Assembly (NCBI GenBank): GCA_030390025.1
Contig: CM059425.1
Span: 169,820,001-169,884,000 of the forward strand
Source of the DNA: Squalus acanthias
Taxonomy: Eukaryota
Direction of reading: 5' to 3'
DNA: 64,000 bases
The translations under genes were made by a program, and so were the position numbers. Positions 37,775-51,648 of the stretch are shown here, one piece after another. The notes beneath the pieces are model-generated. The model was not told where the DNA came from, made no database searches, and was given only the letters and a program-made list of their open reading frames with translations. The stretch's first letter is position 1; each line of letters opens with the position of its first letter.

Positions 37775-39998
37775 AGAACTACTACAAGGAAACTACGAAG
37801 GTATGAGGAGTGGGTTGGCTATGATAGATTGGGGAGCTTCACTAAAAGGCATGACGGTGGATAGGCAATGGCTAACATTTAAGGAACGAATGCATGAATT
37901 GCAACAGTTATACATTCCTTTCTGGCGCAAAATCACTAAAAGAAAAGCGGCCCAACCATGGCTAACAAAAGAAATTAAGGATAGTATTAGATCCAAAGAG
38001 GAGTCATATAAAGTTGCCAGAAAAAGTAGCAAGCCTGAGGATTGGGAACAGTTTAGAATTCAGCAAAAAAGGACAAAGATATTGATTAAGAGGGGAAAAA
38101 TAGAATATGAGAGTAAACTTGCAAGGAACATAAAAGCGGATTGTAAAAGCTTCTACAAGTATGTAAAAAGAAAAAGATTAGTGAAGACAAATGTAGGTCC
38201 CTTACAGTCAGAAACAGGAGAATTTATAATGGGGAACAAGGAAATGGCAGAACAATTAAACAAATACTTTGGTTCTGTCTTCACGGAAGAGGACACAAAT
38301 AACTTCCCAGAAATGCTAGGGAACCAAGGGTCTCATGAGAAGGAGGAATTAAAGGAAATTAGTATTAGTAACAAAATAGTGCTGGAGAAATTAATGGGAC
38401 TGAAAGCCGATAAATCCCCAGGGCCTGATAATCTGCATCCCAGAGTACTAAAAGAGGTAGCCATGGAAATAGTGGATGCATTGGTTGTCATCTTCCAAAA
38501 TTCTATAGATTATGGAACAGTTCCTGCAAATTGGAGGGTGGCAAATGTAACCCCGCTATTTAAAAAAGGAGGGAGAAAGAAAACAGGGAATTACAGACTG
38601 GTTAGCCTAACATCAGTAGTAGGGAAAATGCTAGAGTCTATTATAAAGGATGTGATAACAGGACACTTAGAAAATATCAATGTGATTAGACAAAGTCAAC
38701 ATGGATTTATGAAAGGGAAATGGTGTTTGACAAACCTACTAGAGTTTTTTGAGGATGTAACTGGTAGAATAGACAAGGGAGAACCAGTGCATGTGGTGTA
38801 TTTGGATTTTCAGAAGGCCTTTGATAAAGTCCCACGTAAGAGGTTAGTGTGCAAAATTAAAGCACATGGGATTGGGGGTAATATACTGGCATGGATTGAA
38901 AATTGGTTAACAGACAGGAAACAGAGTAGGAATAAATGGGGCTTTTTTGGGGTGGCAGGCGGTGACTAGTGGGGTACCGCAGGGATCAGTGCTTGAGCCC
39001 CAGCTATTCACAATATATATCAATGATTTGGATAAGGGAACCAAATGTAATATTTCCAAGTTTGCTGACGACACAAAACTCTGTGGGATTGTGAGTTGTG
39101 AGGAGGATGCAAAGAGGCTTCAAGGCGATTTAGACAAGTTGAGTGAGTGGGCAAATACATGGCAGATGCAGTATAATGTGGATAAATGTGAAGTTATCCA
39201 TTTCGGTAGGAAAAACAGAAAGACAGAGTATTATTTAAATGGTGATAGATTGGGAAATGTTGATGTACAAAGGGACCTGGGTGTCCTTGTACACCAGTCA
39301 CTGAAAGCAAACATGCAGGTGTAGCAAGCAGTTAGGAAGGAAAATGGTATGTTGGCCTTCATTGCAAGAGGATTTGAGTACAGGAGCAAGGATGTCTTAC
39401 TACAGTTGTACAGGGCCTTGGTGAGACCACACCTGGAGTACTGTGTGCAGTTTTGGTCTCCTTACCTAAGAAAGGATATACTTGCCATAGAGGGAGTGCA
39501 GCGAAGGTTCACCAGACTAATTCCTGGGATGGCAGGACTGTCGTATGAGGAGAGATTGGGTCGACTAGGCCTGTATTCACTAGAGTTTAAAAGAATGAGA
39601 GAGGACCTCATTGAAACATATAAAATTCTGACAGGGCTAGACAGACTGGATGCAGGGAGGATGTTTCCCCTGGCTGGGGGGTCTAGAACGAGGGGTCACA
39701 GTCTCAGGATACGGGGTAGGACATTTAGGACTGAGATGAGGAGAAATTTCTTCACTCAGAGGGTAGTGAATCTGTGGAATTCTCTACCACAGACAGCTGT
39801 GGAGGCCAAGTCACTGAATATACTTAAGAAGGAGATAGATAGATTTCTGGACACAAAAGGCATCAAGAGGTATGGGGAGAGGGCGGAAATATGGTATTGA
39901 GACAGAGGATCAGCCATGATCATATTGAATGGCGGAGCAGGCTCGAAGGGCCGAATGGCCTACTCCTGCTCCTATTTTTCTATGTTTCTCTATGTTTC
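37775..39998 (+). mobile_element. 5'-truncated CR1 LINE
   Basis: RT ORFs 37803-39900 and a (tttctatg)n tail. Confidence 0.95.
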
Positions 39999-40269
39999 TA
40001 ACTAGACTGTGATGAAAGTAATCTGCTTCAGGAACAAAGTCGTAAAACAGAATGGCTTTTAAATGATATGGCTGAGCTGTGGTGCAGAAGTCATATTCCA
40101 CAGGTGACTTTCTTTCACTCCACTAAACATAGAGATTGAAACAGAACACACACCTCTGAATTTTGTACTGCACTTGACCTTCACCAGCTCAATCATCTTG
40201 TGGCTATGTGCTTGTGGATTATATAATCATTCATCGTATATACAAAAGCTGGCAACTGTATGTGAATGA

Positions 40270-40819
40270 TGAAACTTTCAACAATAACTTCCATTTAAGG
40301 AAGGATATACTTGCATTGGAGGCAGTTCAGAGACGATTCACTAGGTTCATTCCAGAGATGAGGGGGTTGACTTATGAGGAAAGGTTGAGCAGGCTGGGCC
40401 TATACTCATTAGAATTTAGAAGAATGAGAGGTGATCTTATTGAAACATATAAGATACTGAGGGGGCTCGACAAGGTAGATGCAGAGAGGATGTTTCCCCT
40501 CGTGGGGAAATCTAGAACTCGGGGGCACAGTTTTAGAATAAAGGGTCGCCCTTTTAGAACTGAGATGAGGAGGAATTTCTTCTCTCAGAGGGTCGTAAAT
40601 CTGTGGAATTCTCTGCCCCAGAGAGCTGTGGAGGCTGAGTCATTAAATACATTTAAGGTGGAGATAGACAGATTTTTGCAAGATAAGGGAGTGAAGGGTT
40701 ATGGGGAGCTGCGGGGAAGTGGCTTTGAGCCCAAGATCAGCCATGATCTTATTGAAAGGCGGAGCAGGCTCGAGGGGCCAAGTGGCCTATTCCTGCTCCT
40801 ATTTCTTATATTCTTATGT
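40270..40819 (+). mobile_element. CR1 3' fragment
   Basis: LRKDILALEAVQRRFTR..WNSLP plus 3' UTR. Confidence 0.92.
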
Positions 40820-42479
40820 AGTGCCTTTAACGTAGTAAAATGTCCCAAGGTGCTTCACAGGAGCGATTATCAAACAAAATTTGACATCAAGCCACATAAG
40901 GAGATATTAGGACAGGTGATCAAAAGTTTGGTCAAAGAGGTAAGTTAATCTCAAATATGCAATACCAAATATAGAACAAAAAGAAATTCATGTTTTTACA
41001 TCCAGAGAACAATTTAATAGTTAATGGCGAGAAACTTATTGATGTAGCCATGTATTTGATAGAAGGCACTTCAGTTTATAAATCTAACTCTTATACAAGC
41101 TTTAAAGAATCAGGATGCCACTATAGTCAATGGAAACTGAAAACTGACTGTACTTTGCAGCCACTCCATTTCTCTGCTGTGAGTTCTGACTGTGACAATC
41201 TGTAAGTGGATACTTTTGTCCAGATTACAAATTACAGCTTCAGCCGCACAGCTTAAGGCTGCCCAATAGTATACAGATACCATGAGCTGATGGAGTCTGC
41301 ATGTTCCAAGGCTCTCTTACCGTTACCTGATACAAAAAACTCTACTGCACTCCGCTATGCCTATTACATCTAACATTATTAACGATCAGGAGTGAAAGTT
41401 AAAGCTGTAACTTACTCCAGGGATTCAGATGGCCCCATAAGCCGTGACAGTGGAGCTTGTATGGTTTCTGGACCCCAAGATTAAATGACATTCACTCACT
41501 ACCATTTATACCTTTTTGTCATACATATACGGTACTCAATAAAACAAAATCTATGTATAAATGACAAAGGTAGAGCTGAAACATAATTGATTAAATACTG
41601 TGAGAGGCAACGTAATGTTATCACTGTGGCACAGTACTGTTACATGGTTCACAGAAGCTTCTGGAGGATTTGTAAAAAAAAAATAAAGGAAATAAAATCC
41701 TAATACGTATCTTATGCCATTTTGTGCAGCTCTTGTATACAGCATTATGATAGACCATAACTAATATACAGGAAAATTGTAGCAGATTACTCACTTAGGA
41801 ATAAACATTCTATTTGTTGTCTAAATGTCTTCTTGACAGTGACAGTTTTATCCTGGTCTTGGCGTCAGCATTACGTGTAGTTTGGAAAATTCATCTAACT
41901 ATGTTTAGTTTGGTGGTTAGCTGCTTTTAATCCTTTAATATTTAAGGTCAGTTCGAGAAACGGGGGCATAATTGTGTTTACTTTACTGCTCTACTTAGTA
42001 GTAGTAATGCAATCATTATACATGCCCTGACGCTACCAACATAGAAAATATAGAAGGAAATTTTAACTTTCCCCGATCAGCAGGACTGGAGCGGGGAGCA
42101 GTTAAAATGGAACGGCTCCAATTTCTGCCCCGTTCTCATCAATTCTCCATTTTAACACCGCTGAGGATCTTGTCAGACTCCCTGAGACCCCAATGGGAAT
42201 TTAATCCTCTCCTGAGGATTTTAATCTGCCCGCTGCAGCTGACCAAAGGTGTCGGGAAGCTAGTGAAGCCCGAAGGCAAGCAAGATATTAAGGATCCTGC
42301 CAGCAGACCTCCTTCTATTTGCTCTCCTTACAGCTGCAACTCTGTTTATTCTCTCCTCTCCTCTCCTCTTCTTGCTGCTGCTCCTCCTCTTGGCAGAGTG
42401 GAATTGCCAGAAGGAACCCCATGATAAAAATGAGCATTGCCAGAAGCTCCTGAAGAGTGCAGCAACTAGAAGCACCTTC

Positions 42480-43235
42480 CTCTAAGGTTCCCCCCTGCCC
42501 TAGCCCTGAACTCACATCTTTCTCCAGTTTCTCTCTGATTTCCCCTCATGACCTCTCCGCGCTCATCTTGTCCATGAGACCCACTTCCTGCTCCCTTGAC
42601 CCTATTCCCACCAAACTGCTGACCACCCAACTTCCTTTTCTGGCTCCCATGTTAGCTGACATTGTTAACGGTTCTCTCTCCTCAGGTACTGTCCCCCCTC
42701 TCCCTCAAATCTGCCGTCATCACCCCACCCCTCAAAAAACTAATCCTTTACCCCGCCGTCTTTGCAAACTACCGCCCCATCCCCAACCTCCCTTTCCTCT
42801 CCAAAGTCCTTGAACGTGTTGTCGTCTCCCAAATCCGTGCCCATCTTGCCTGCAACTCCATGTTTGAATCCCTCCGATCAGGTTTCCGCCCCTGCCACAG
42901 TATTGAAACGGCTCTCATCAAAGTCACAAATGACAACCTTTGTGACTGTGACTAAGGTAAACTATCCCTCCTCGTCCTTCTTGACTTGTCTGCAGCCTTT
43001 GACACAGTTGACCACTCCATCCTCCTCCAACACCTTTCCACTGTCGTCCAGCTGGGTGGGACTGCACTCGCCTGGTTCCATTCTTATCTATCTAATCATA
43101 GCCAGAGAATCACCTGCAATGGCTTCTCTTCCCGCTCCCACACCAGTACCTCTGGTGTCCCCCAAGGATCTATCATTGGCCCCCTCCTTTTTCTCATCTA
43201 CATGCTGCCCCTTGGTGACATCATCCAAAAACACA
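42480..43235 (+). mobile_element. L2-clade LINE RT fragment
   Basis: SCSLDPIPT, NYRPIPNLPFLSKVLE, SGFRPCHS.ETAL, DLSAAFDTVDH, GVPQGS..GPLLF.IYMLPL. Confidence 0.88.
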
Positions 43236-43495
43236 GGGCTGGATTTTGTGAATGGAGACGTGCTAGTTGCGGGACTGCTGCTTGTCGGGTCTCAGTCCCA
43301 CCTCCATTAGCCTCTGACCAACCAGTGGGATTTTCCCCTGATTGACCTTGTTAAGCCCACCCTGCGGGCTCAGCAGGCCCATTAGGGGGAAGTCACTGAC
43401 AGAGCACGTCAACGTCTGACGTGCCATCTGTCAAGACTTCTTGAAAGAAGAAATGTCAGCACGTCCATCATGTCTCTATTCACAAAATCCAACCC
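43236..43495 (+). mobile_element. Short Harbinger MITE related to copy D
   Basis: gggctggattttgtgaatggagac / gtctctattcacaaaatccaaccc. First ~225 bp match 51649 onward. Confidence 0.75.
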
Positions 43496-44043
43496 AGGAG
43501 GCGGGTTGGCAATTTAAATATTTTAATGAGGTTGGCAGCCTCAGATTTAACCTGAAGTGCAGGTATAACCCTGACCTGCCGGCTTTCCTGGTCCTTGAGA
43601 AACCCGACAGCTCAAGGGAGGCGAGGACCGCTTCGGGAAGATGGTAAATGCCTTTACAGCACTGCTTGTTGTCTAAGAGGAGCAGGAGTGCTTTTCCCTG
43701 GCACCCCAAGCTTATCTTCTTGCCTTGGTTCAGATCCTCCCTAATCAGAACCCCCCATACAAAGACACCCTGGGGTCGGGGATCGGACCTCCTCACCCCA
43801 CCACCCCCCCCCCACCCCCGCCCCCCGTGCCGGGGATTAGGCCTCACCCTGGGATCGGGGATCGGATCCCCCCCATGCTCCCACTAGTAGCTGCAGGCTC
43901 CTTACCTGTGGCTGCGGCTGCGGCCTGCTCCGCCCGACTGGAGGCCAAGCCTGTCAATCAGGCTGACTTCTGGGTGGGGATCCTGACAAAGAAAAAAGTC
44001 GCACGCTGTGGAGTTAAAACTTTACAGCATGCATGGAAACCTG

Positions 44044-46480
44044 GGGGGTGATTTTCCCATTGGAGGCAGGTTGGAGGAGTGTTTCGGTTTGGGTGGGTTC
44101 CAAACCCGCCTCCACTATCAGGTGGGGAAAATTTGCGATTTTCCCCTAATTGGCCAGTTACTTTCAGAGGTGTGGGTTCCCCTAGGCCAATTAGTCTTTT
44201 GGGTCTGAAACTCGCCTCTGCTGACGTCACTTATCCAGCTTCATTTAAGGGCTGCTTGCTGCCTTGGCTCATTCCACTGGTTTTTGGTCGATGGTGCACC
44301 ACCTCCAAACTTTTATCTCCTTGAAGAATGGCCAGCTCCAAGGCAAAGGCCTCCCTGAGGTTCTTGGATGAGGCGCTGGGTATCCTGGTTGAGGGGGTGA
44401 GAGCCAGTAGGGAGGTGCTCTTCCCCTCATCTGGGAGGAAGAGGCCTCCCAAAGAAACCAAGGCTGTGTGTGTCCAGTTGGCAGGGATATAACCTCTTGA
44501 TCTGTGTGCAGATTGGGTGATTGTTTCTGTTTATTGATGAAATGCCATCCCTGTGTGAATGTATTAAAATTAGGCGATGGCAAACTGTTGGCGTGATGGC
44601 ATATGTTATTTCGGCTCAGGCAGCTCCACATTGCGGGCTCTGTGACACTTGCATGGTCAGGTTGGTGGTCAGAGTGAAAGGAGGCCAGAGAGTCATGTCC
44701 ATTGTCTATCATGTGTTAAGAAGGAGCCAAGCACATGTGCCACAATGGGCAACCTATGTAAATCTGGCCAGGATGAGTGCATCCCTTGCATCATGGGCAG
44801 CCATGTGCTCACGTGCTGCCGGTAGATACGCCACCGCTCGGTCCTCCTCCTCCTCCTCATCTGAGGCGGCTATGAACTGAGCCACTTGTTAATCAGGAAG
44901 CTGCAAGTCACGACGCTGTGCCATGTTGTGCAGTGCATAGCAGACCACGACCATTCTGGAGACCCTGGCTGCTGAATACTGCAGGGCTCCACCTGATCTA
45001 TCGAGGCATTGGAATCGCATCTTCAGCAGGTCAATGGTTTGCTCGATGATGGACCTGGTCGAAATGTGGCTGGCGTTGTAGTGCTCCTCAGCCTCGTTAG
45101 CTGGCCTCCTGATCAGCGTCATTAGCCACTTCTTCAGGGGGTAGTCATTGTCACCAAGGAGCCATCCGTTAAGTTGGTTGAAGAGCGGCGGAACACTAGA
45201 GTTCCGCAGGATGAACGAGTCATGGCAACTACCACAGAACTTGGCGCAAACATGCAAAATCTCCTTCTTGTGGTTACACACCAACTGTATCTTGAGGGAG
45301 TGGAAACCCTTGCGTTTGACAAAGATAGCTGGGTTGTGATGGGGTACCCTAAGGGCCACATGTGTGCAGTCTATGATGCCCTGCACCATTGGCAAGCCTC
45401 CCATATTTGCAAAGCCAACTGAACGCGCGGTTATAATTGCATGATCCCTTGAGAAGTGGATGTAATTGTGCGCCTTTGCGAAAAGGGCATCGGTAACCTG
45501 CGTGATGCAACTGTGGGCGGCCGACTGGGAGATGCCGCTGATGTCTGCTGATGATCCCTAGAAGGAGCCTGAGGCAAAAATGTTGAGTGCAGTGGTGACT
45601 TTGACAGCCACTGGTAAGGGGTGTCCACCCGCTCCTCTGGGCTCCAGGTGTTGGTGCAGCAGTGCGCAGATGTCTCCGACAACCTCTCGCAAAAGTCTCA
45701 GCCTCCTTTGGCACTGCTGCTCACACATGTTGAGGTAGCTCATCCTCTGTCTGTAAACCCTGAGAGGGGGGTATCTCCTGCGGCGACGTGCTTCCATGCG
45801 CTGATGCCTTCTGCCCTGTGCAGCATCAGGTGGGTGAGCAGGAGGTTGGCACTCCTGCTGCTGTTGCTGCTGAGCTGCCTGGTTCTGCTGCTGCCGTGGC
45901 TGCTCCTCATCCGAATCTGAGGTCCACGGTGAAAGGAAATAAATGGTTCCCATGCTGCTGGCAGATACCTCCGTTGGGGAAGCACTCAGTCCAAGCGGGG
46001 AGAGGGTCTTCCAAGGAGGTCCCACAGTTGAGAGATAGATGCTGCAGCACCTCCGACTTCTGTAGGCCTGCTAAAAGTGCTGAAAGAGCTGTGGAACAGA
46101 AGTTCTGCCACCTGCAACTGCTCCCTGATGAAAGCTCTGTTTTAATGGTGGAGCTGCAGCTGTGAGGAGGCCACCCACTTGTCAACCCGCCAGGATTAGC
46201 TGGCGTGGTTTAGGAGGGTCGTGCAACATGCACAAAATGTGACAAAATAACAAGGGCCTGTCAAAATAGGATTATAGAGGCCCTTAATGACTATTTAAGG
46301 GTCTTAACTACCTCTCCCGACTGATGGAGGCAGGACCGAATCGCACCCATGAAACCCGCCTCTGGCAAAATTGCGTGGAGGCGGGTTGGAGGCGGGTTCT
46401 GAACCCGCCCTCACTTTTTGCGATTTTGTCAACTGTCCCGCCTCCAAACCCGCCTCCTCGGGGCTGGGAAAATCGCCCCC
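44044..46480. mobile_element. Internally deleted Harbinger (Myb exon-1 stub on +, decayed transposase on -)
   Basis: TIRs gggggtgattttccca / tgggaaaatcgccccc, CTG TSD. Transposase related to 786-2006. Confidence 0.92.
44755..45953 (-). pseudogene. Harbinger transposase pseudogene
   Basis: [37 protein letters not shown]. Contains stops and frameshifts. Confidence 0.9.
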
Positions 46481-47104
46481 CTGGACTTCCCAACCGAAAC
46501 TCCACTCCCCCCCCCACTTACCACCACACCACCCACCCCGCTCCCCCCTCCCCCCCAACCCTATGCAACCCGCCCCTGTCAATATCGGGGCCACTATGTT
46601 TTTGAAGTAAAATGCCTCCCAAGACTTTAGCATTTTACCTGAGAGCAGCTGATGATCCCTTTAATTATCATTGGAAGTGTCCGCCTCCCAACTTGTACGA
46701 CCCATAGTTTGAGGTTGGAATCGGGAATTAGAGGTGAAAATGGCATCGGAGTAATGACTGCGTTATCTGCATCTGATTTGCATTTATTCATTAGCTCCTC
46801 ACCTGTTTATGGCAGGAGCTCTGGTCACCTAAATCAAGGTCCTCCCGAAAATTGGAATGGGCGGACGACCAGTGGTAAGTCGGAGCTTCCCTTTCCCACG
46901 TGATTTTGGTCCTGCTACTGCTCCCTTTTTAGGCACAAGCTGGGCAGTAGCAGCATAAAAATCGCTCCCCCATAGAGTTTGCCATGCAATTTTAAGTGTT
47001 ATATTCCTGTGCACATAGGAAGTCTTGCAGTAACTGGCAGTCTTGGCAGAACAAAGCTACAATAGCACAGAAATACAAAAACACAAGTTATATAAAGAAA
47101 GATC

Positions 47105-47515
47105 TTTAACTTATATATTACTTTTCACGTTCTCAGAATGTCCCAAAATGCTTCACAACCAATGAATTATTGCTATGTAGGTGAATGCAGCAGTCTGTAT
47201 GATCACAGCATCATCTCACAAAATGGGATAATGACCAGCTAATCTGTTTCAGATGGTGTTGATTGAGGGACAACTGCTTGCCAGGACACTGGGGGAACTC
47301 TCTTTTCTTTTTCAAATAGTGCCTGAGTATTCTTTACACCCAGCTGACTAGGCAGAGAGGACATTGGCTTAACATCTCAATTACAAAATGGCAACAATTG
47401 AGCACTCCCTTGGTACTGCAGTATCAGCCCAGATGATGTACTCAAGTCCCAGACTGGGGCTTGAACGAACAACCTACTAAATCTCAGACAAGAGTGCTAT
47501 CATTGAGTCAAACTG
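47105..47515 (-). mobile_element. tRNA-headed DeuSINE-like SINE
   Basis: On -, A-box-like tgactcaatga and B-box-like gttcaagcc, followed by a Deu-like core and tail. Confidence 0.65.
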
Positions 47516-48298
47516 GCACTGGCAGATATATCACCAAGTATGTTTTCTGCTTTTGGTTCTCAGAGCATTGCTATCTTCTGTTCAAGTTGCTAACGCTCAT
47601 GATGGTAGGAGGCATTTATTTTTCTGCACAATACAATATCCAGGAATCATCCTCAAACTCACCAGCCCCTGCTAAGAGACTACAAAGTACCAACCATAAT
47701 ATGCCGTTTGAAGCTATAATTAAATAATAGTGAATGGCTCACTGTACTGTAGGAGAGAATTGAAGATAGGCAGGTCAATGTAAAGGACAAGACCACAGGT
47801 TGATTCCATCAATCTCCCTTCAGTCTTCAATCCATGCACAGAGTGCAGGCAAAATCCATTATCACTGTTCGGTCACAACTTTTCCACCTCTCTGAGTCAC
47901 TATTTCAGTTTTTTGTTTTTTCTGCAGCTTCCACAAGTCATTGCACTGTTTCAAACAGTAGCAGATAAATCTCCAACATCGGTGACTGAACGATTAGTTG
48001 ACATATGTGTTAGAGCCTCTCCTTGATCAGCCTGACTGTTCTCCATCAAGTTTGAATATGCAACAGTATTTTGAGCACTGTGGTTGAATTAAAATGCCTC
48101 TTAGAATGCAGGAAGATTGTAATTTATTGTCAAATTTAAACTGGATGTGCAAAATTCAATACATAATTATGTGAGGCTTTGCTGCTAAGTTCATGCATTA
48201 ATAATTTACTTGTCCTTTTATTTTGTCATGTTTCATAATAAATAATACTAGCATTTATACAGCATTTTATCATGTCAAATGTCTTATTTATGTCATTA

Positions 48299-49036
48299 TA
48301 GCCCCAATTTTAACCTGGAGTGGGAATCGGGTGGGCAGGCAGAGTTGAGGTGAGTGCCAACCCCCGCCCCCCCACCCCCCTGCCCCCCGACCTCGGTTTC
48401 ATGAGGCTCGGCTGATTTTAACTCCCAGGCCTCATCTGCATGCTAGCTCTTGGTACAATAATCTGAATGTTTTAGAAAAATACACCCATATGTATTAAAA
48501 TGTATATTCTGCTAGCTTACTTTATTTGTAGGTAACTTATAAATTTGCCCACGTGAAACGGGTGGGAAGTGTCAGCTGGCCAGTGGGGGGAGGGGCGGAA
48601 CTTTGAGCGGCAGGAGGCGACTGGCCAACACCAGAGGAAGGCCCGCCGGTACTGAGGTAAGGAGCAGGAGGTTCCCGAAGGGTTTTGCAGGAGGAAAGGG
48701 GGAAGCCTGGGGCAGTGGAGGCATAAACTTTCTGCTCCTTTTGGCCTCAAAAGAAAAGGATAAAATACTTCCTGTTTGAGCCTCTTCTGGTCCCGAATCC
48801 TCTTCTCACTGTCTTCACTTGGTGAGAAAGCCACAATGGCTTCCCCACTCAAGCCACAGTTAAAATTGCAATCGGTTCCCGATGGCATTACCGAACCCTG
48901 ATCTCCATACTTAAAAAAGAAGCCCACAGGCTTCAGGCAGGTGTCCTTGTTGCCTGTTCAGAAGAGCAGATTCTGTCAGGATCTGTGTGGAATCTTAACG
49001 GGTAAGTCACCTGGATGATTAGGGTTAAAATTACCC
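48299..49036. mobile_element. Degenerate non-autonomous Harbinger-like element
   Basis: aattttaacc / ggttaaaatt termini, GC-rich interior. Confidence 0.55.
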
Positions 49037-49204
49037 CTTATGTGTGTATCTAAAATTCAAACAAAAACAGCAGAGAAAGGGTTAATTTAAAGGTGGAAAA
49101 TCCTGGCATGACAGTACCTTCAGTCCAGTAAGGAGGGGTGTTCAATGTAACAAGTCCTGACTTTAGACATGGTATATAAGCAGTAACAATAAATATTATT
49201 GCAG

Positions 49205-50796
49205 AGGTAGATAAAGAGGAACCAGTGGATGTAGTATATTTGGATTTCCAAAAGGCATTCAATAAGGTGCCACAGAAAAGATTGTTGTACAAGACAAGGT
49301 TTCATGGGGTTGGAGGTAATATATTAGCATGGATAGAGGATTGGTTAATGGACAGAAAACAGAGAGTAGGAATAAACGGGTCATTTTCAAATTGGCAGGC
49401 TTATACAATCTATATCAATGACTTAAATGAAGGGACCGAGTGTAATGCATCATGGCCAGATTTAGTTAACTTTACGCTGTACACCCATATGGCTGCCACA
49501 TGATGCACCAGGTTGGCAACACCCCACACCAACACCATAAAGCATCCCTACAATGTCCAAATCATACTCATTACCATTGCGGGGGTTACCATAATGACTC
49601 ACCATTCACTGCAACTCACTAAGCCACTTCCACAGGTGCACACAAATCTCTCGAAAACCGGAAAGTGTTGAAAATAAAGATTTTTATGTTTGACACCACA
49701 TTAACAGAAATGTTACATAAACATTGGCTAAAACACCCAAGTGGCTACCCTTTTGTGTTGTTACTTGGTATGATTGCACTAGGGTGAGGGTGAGTGTGAG
49801 GGGTGGCTAGTGAGATGGCGATGTGATAATGTAGATAGAGAGGGATGAGTGGAGGTGCAAGGTAAGTTGGTGTGAGTAAGGATGTGCAGGAGTAGGTAGG
49901 GAAGGCAGAGTGATGGGGATGTGGTGAGAGGCACAGCAGGATGAAGGTGAGTGTGGCTTTGTACTAACGTTTCCTGATCTAATGAGATCATTGAAAGGTT
50001 TGCAGCACTGCACCCAGGTCCTCCTGAACAAATCACTGCTTGTGACCTCCTCTGCAATCTGCAACCAGGCTGTTTTGGTCTCCTGGGGAGGTCTCTTCCG
50101 CCCATCGGAAGGGAAGAGGACCTCCCTGTGTGCTCTGACTCCCTCTATAAGCATATGGAGGGAGTCATCGGAGAACCTGGGTGCAGCCCACTGCCTCTGT
50201 GCAGTTAATGTCAGTGTTTGCAGCACTCCATTGCTGTAGTGCACTGACAGCACTATGTTAGATTAAACTTCAAAGGTAATGTGGCCATGGCCCCTTTAAA
50301 GATCCCGGCTGAAAACGCGTTATGAATGATGTCACCAGACCCGCTCCATCACATTGGGCCGGGAAACATGCTGGGCGGGCTTAATAGGCCCCATTAAGGT
50401 AAGATCATTTTCGACAGCAGGATGGAGCCAGCAGCAGGGTCACGACCCCCACGGACACCGCCCGCACCGGACCCGGCGAGGTAGGCAAATTTCCGGCCCT
50501 TATCTGAGGAAGGATATACTTGCCTTAGAGGCGGTGCAACCAAGGTTCACTAGATTGATTCCTGGGATGAGAGGGTTGTCCTATGAGGAGAGATTGTGTA
50601 GAATGGACCTATACTCTCTGGAGTTTGGAAGAATGAGATGTGATCTCATTGAAACATATAAGATTCTGAGGGGGATTGCCAGGGTAGATGCAGAGAGGTT
50701 GTTTCCCCTGGCTGGAGAATCTAGAACTAGGGGGCAGGATAAGGGGTCGGCCATTTAAGACTGAGATGAGGAGGAATTTCTTCACTCAGACGGTTG
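49205..50796 (+). mobile_element. Fragmented CR1 (49205-49447, 50500-50796), 3' end continuing at 62230-62455
   Basis: RT motifs. ttcactcagacggttg|tgaatctttggaattc rejoins across the large insertion. Confidence 0.8.
49448..50499 (-). mobile_element. Harbinger remnant with Myb exon 1
   Basis: APRFSDDSL..KTAWLQIAEEV..RTWVQCCKPFNDL. Terminus aaatttccggccc. Confidence 0.8.
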
Positions 50797-51648
50797 AACA
50801 TAAGAACATAAGAAACAGGAGTAGGAGTAGGCCAATCGGCCCCTCGAGCCTGCTCCACCATTCAATAAGATCATGGCTGATCCAATCTTGGGCTCAACAC
50901 CACTTTCCTGCTCTCTCCCCATACCCCTTGACTCCCTTGTAGTTCAAATGTCTGTCAATCTCCGCCTTGAATATATTCAATGACTCTGCCTCCACAGCTC
51001 TCTGGGGTAGAGAATTCCAAAAATTCACGACCCTCTGAGAGAAGAAATTCCTCCTCATCTCCGTCTTAAATGGGCGACCCCTTATTCTGAAACTGTGCCC
51101 CCTAGTTCTAGATTCCCCCATTAGAGGAAACATCCTCTCAGCATCCACCCTGTCAAACCCCCTCAGAATCCTTTAATAAGATCACCTCTCATTCTCCTAA
51201 ACTCCAATGAGTATAGGCCCAACCTGCTCAACCTTTCGTCATACGTCGTCCCCTTCATCCCAGGAATCAACCTAGTGAACCTTCTCTGTACTGCCTCCAA
51301 TGCAAGTATATCCTTCCTTAAATATGGAGACCACAACTGTACGCAGTACTCCAGGTGCGGTCTCACCAACGCCCTGTAAAGTTGCCTCAAAACTTCTCTA
51401 CTTTTATACTCCATACCCCTTGCAATAAAGGCCAACATTCCATTAGCCTTCCTAATTACTTGCTGTACTTGCATGCTAACTTTTTGTATTTCTTGTACTA
51501 GGATCCCCAGATCCCTTTGTACTGCAGCATTTTGTAGTCTCACTCAATTTAAATAATAATTCGCTTTTTCATTCTTCCTTCCAAAGTGGATAACCTCACA
51601 TTTTCCACATTATACTCCTTCTGGCAAATTTTTGCCCACTCACTTAAC

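Larger units (their letters stand above)
43496..46591. mobile_element. Truncated non-autonomous Harbinger-like element hosting 44044-46480
   Basis: Start resembles 12665-12730. Ends aatatcggggcc. Confidence 0.55.

Noticed and set aside
40010..40076. C/D box snoRNA (GTGATGA..CTGA)
   Set aside because: No convincing terminal stem or recognisable guide.
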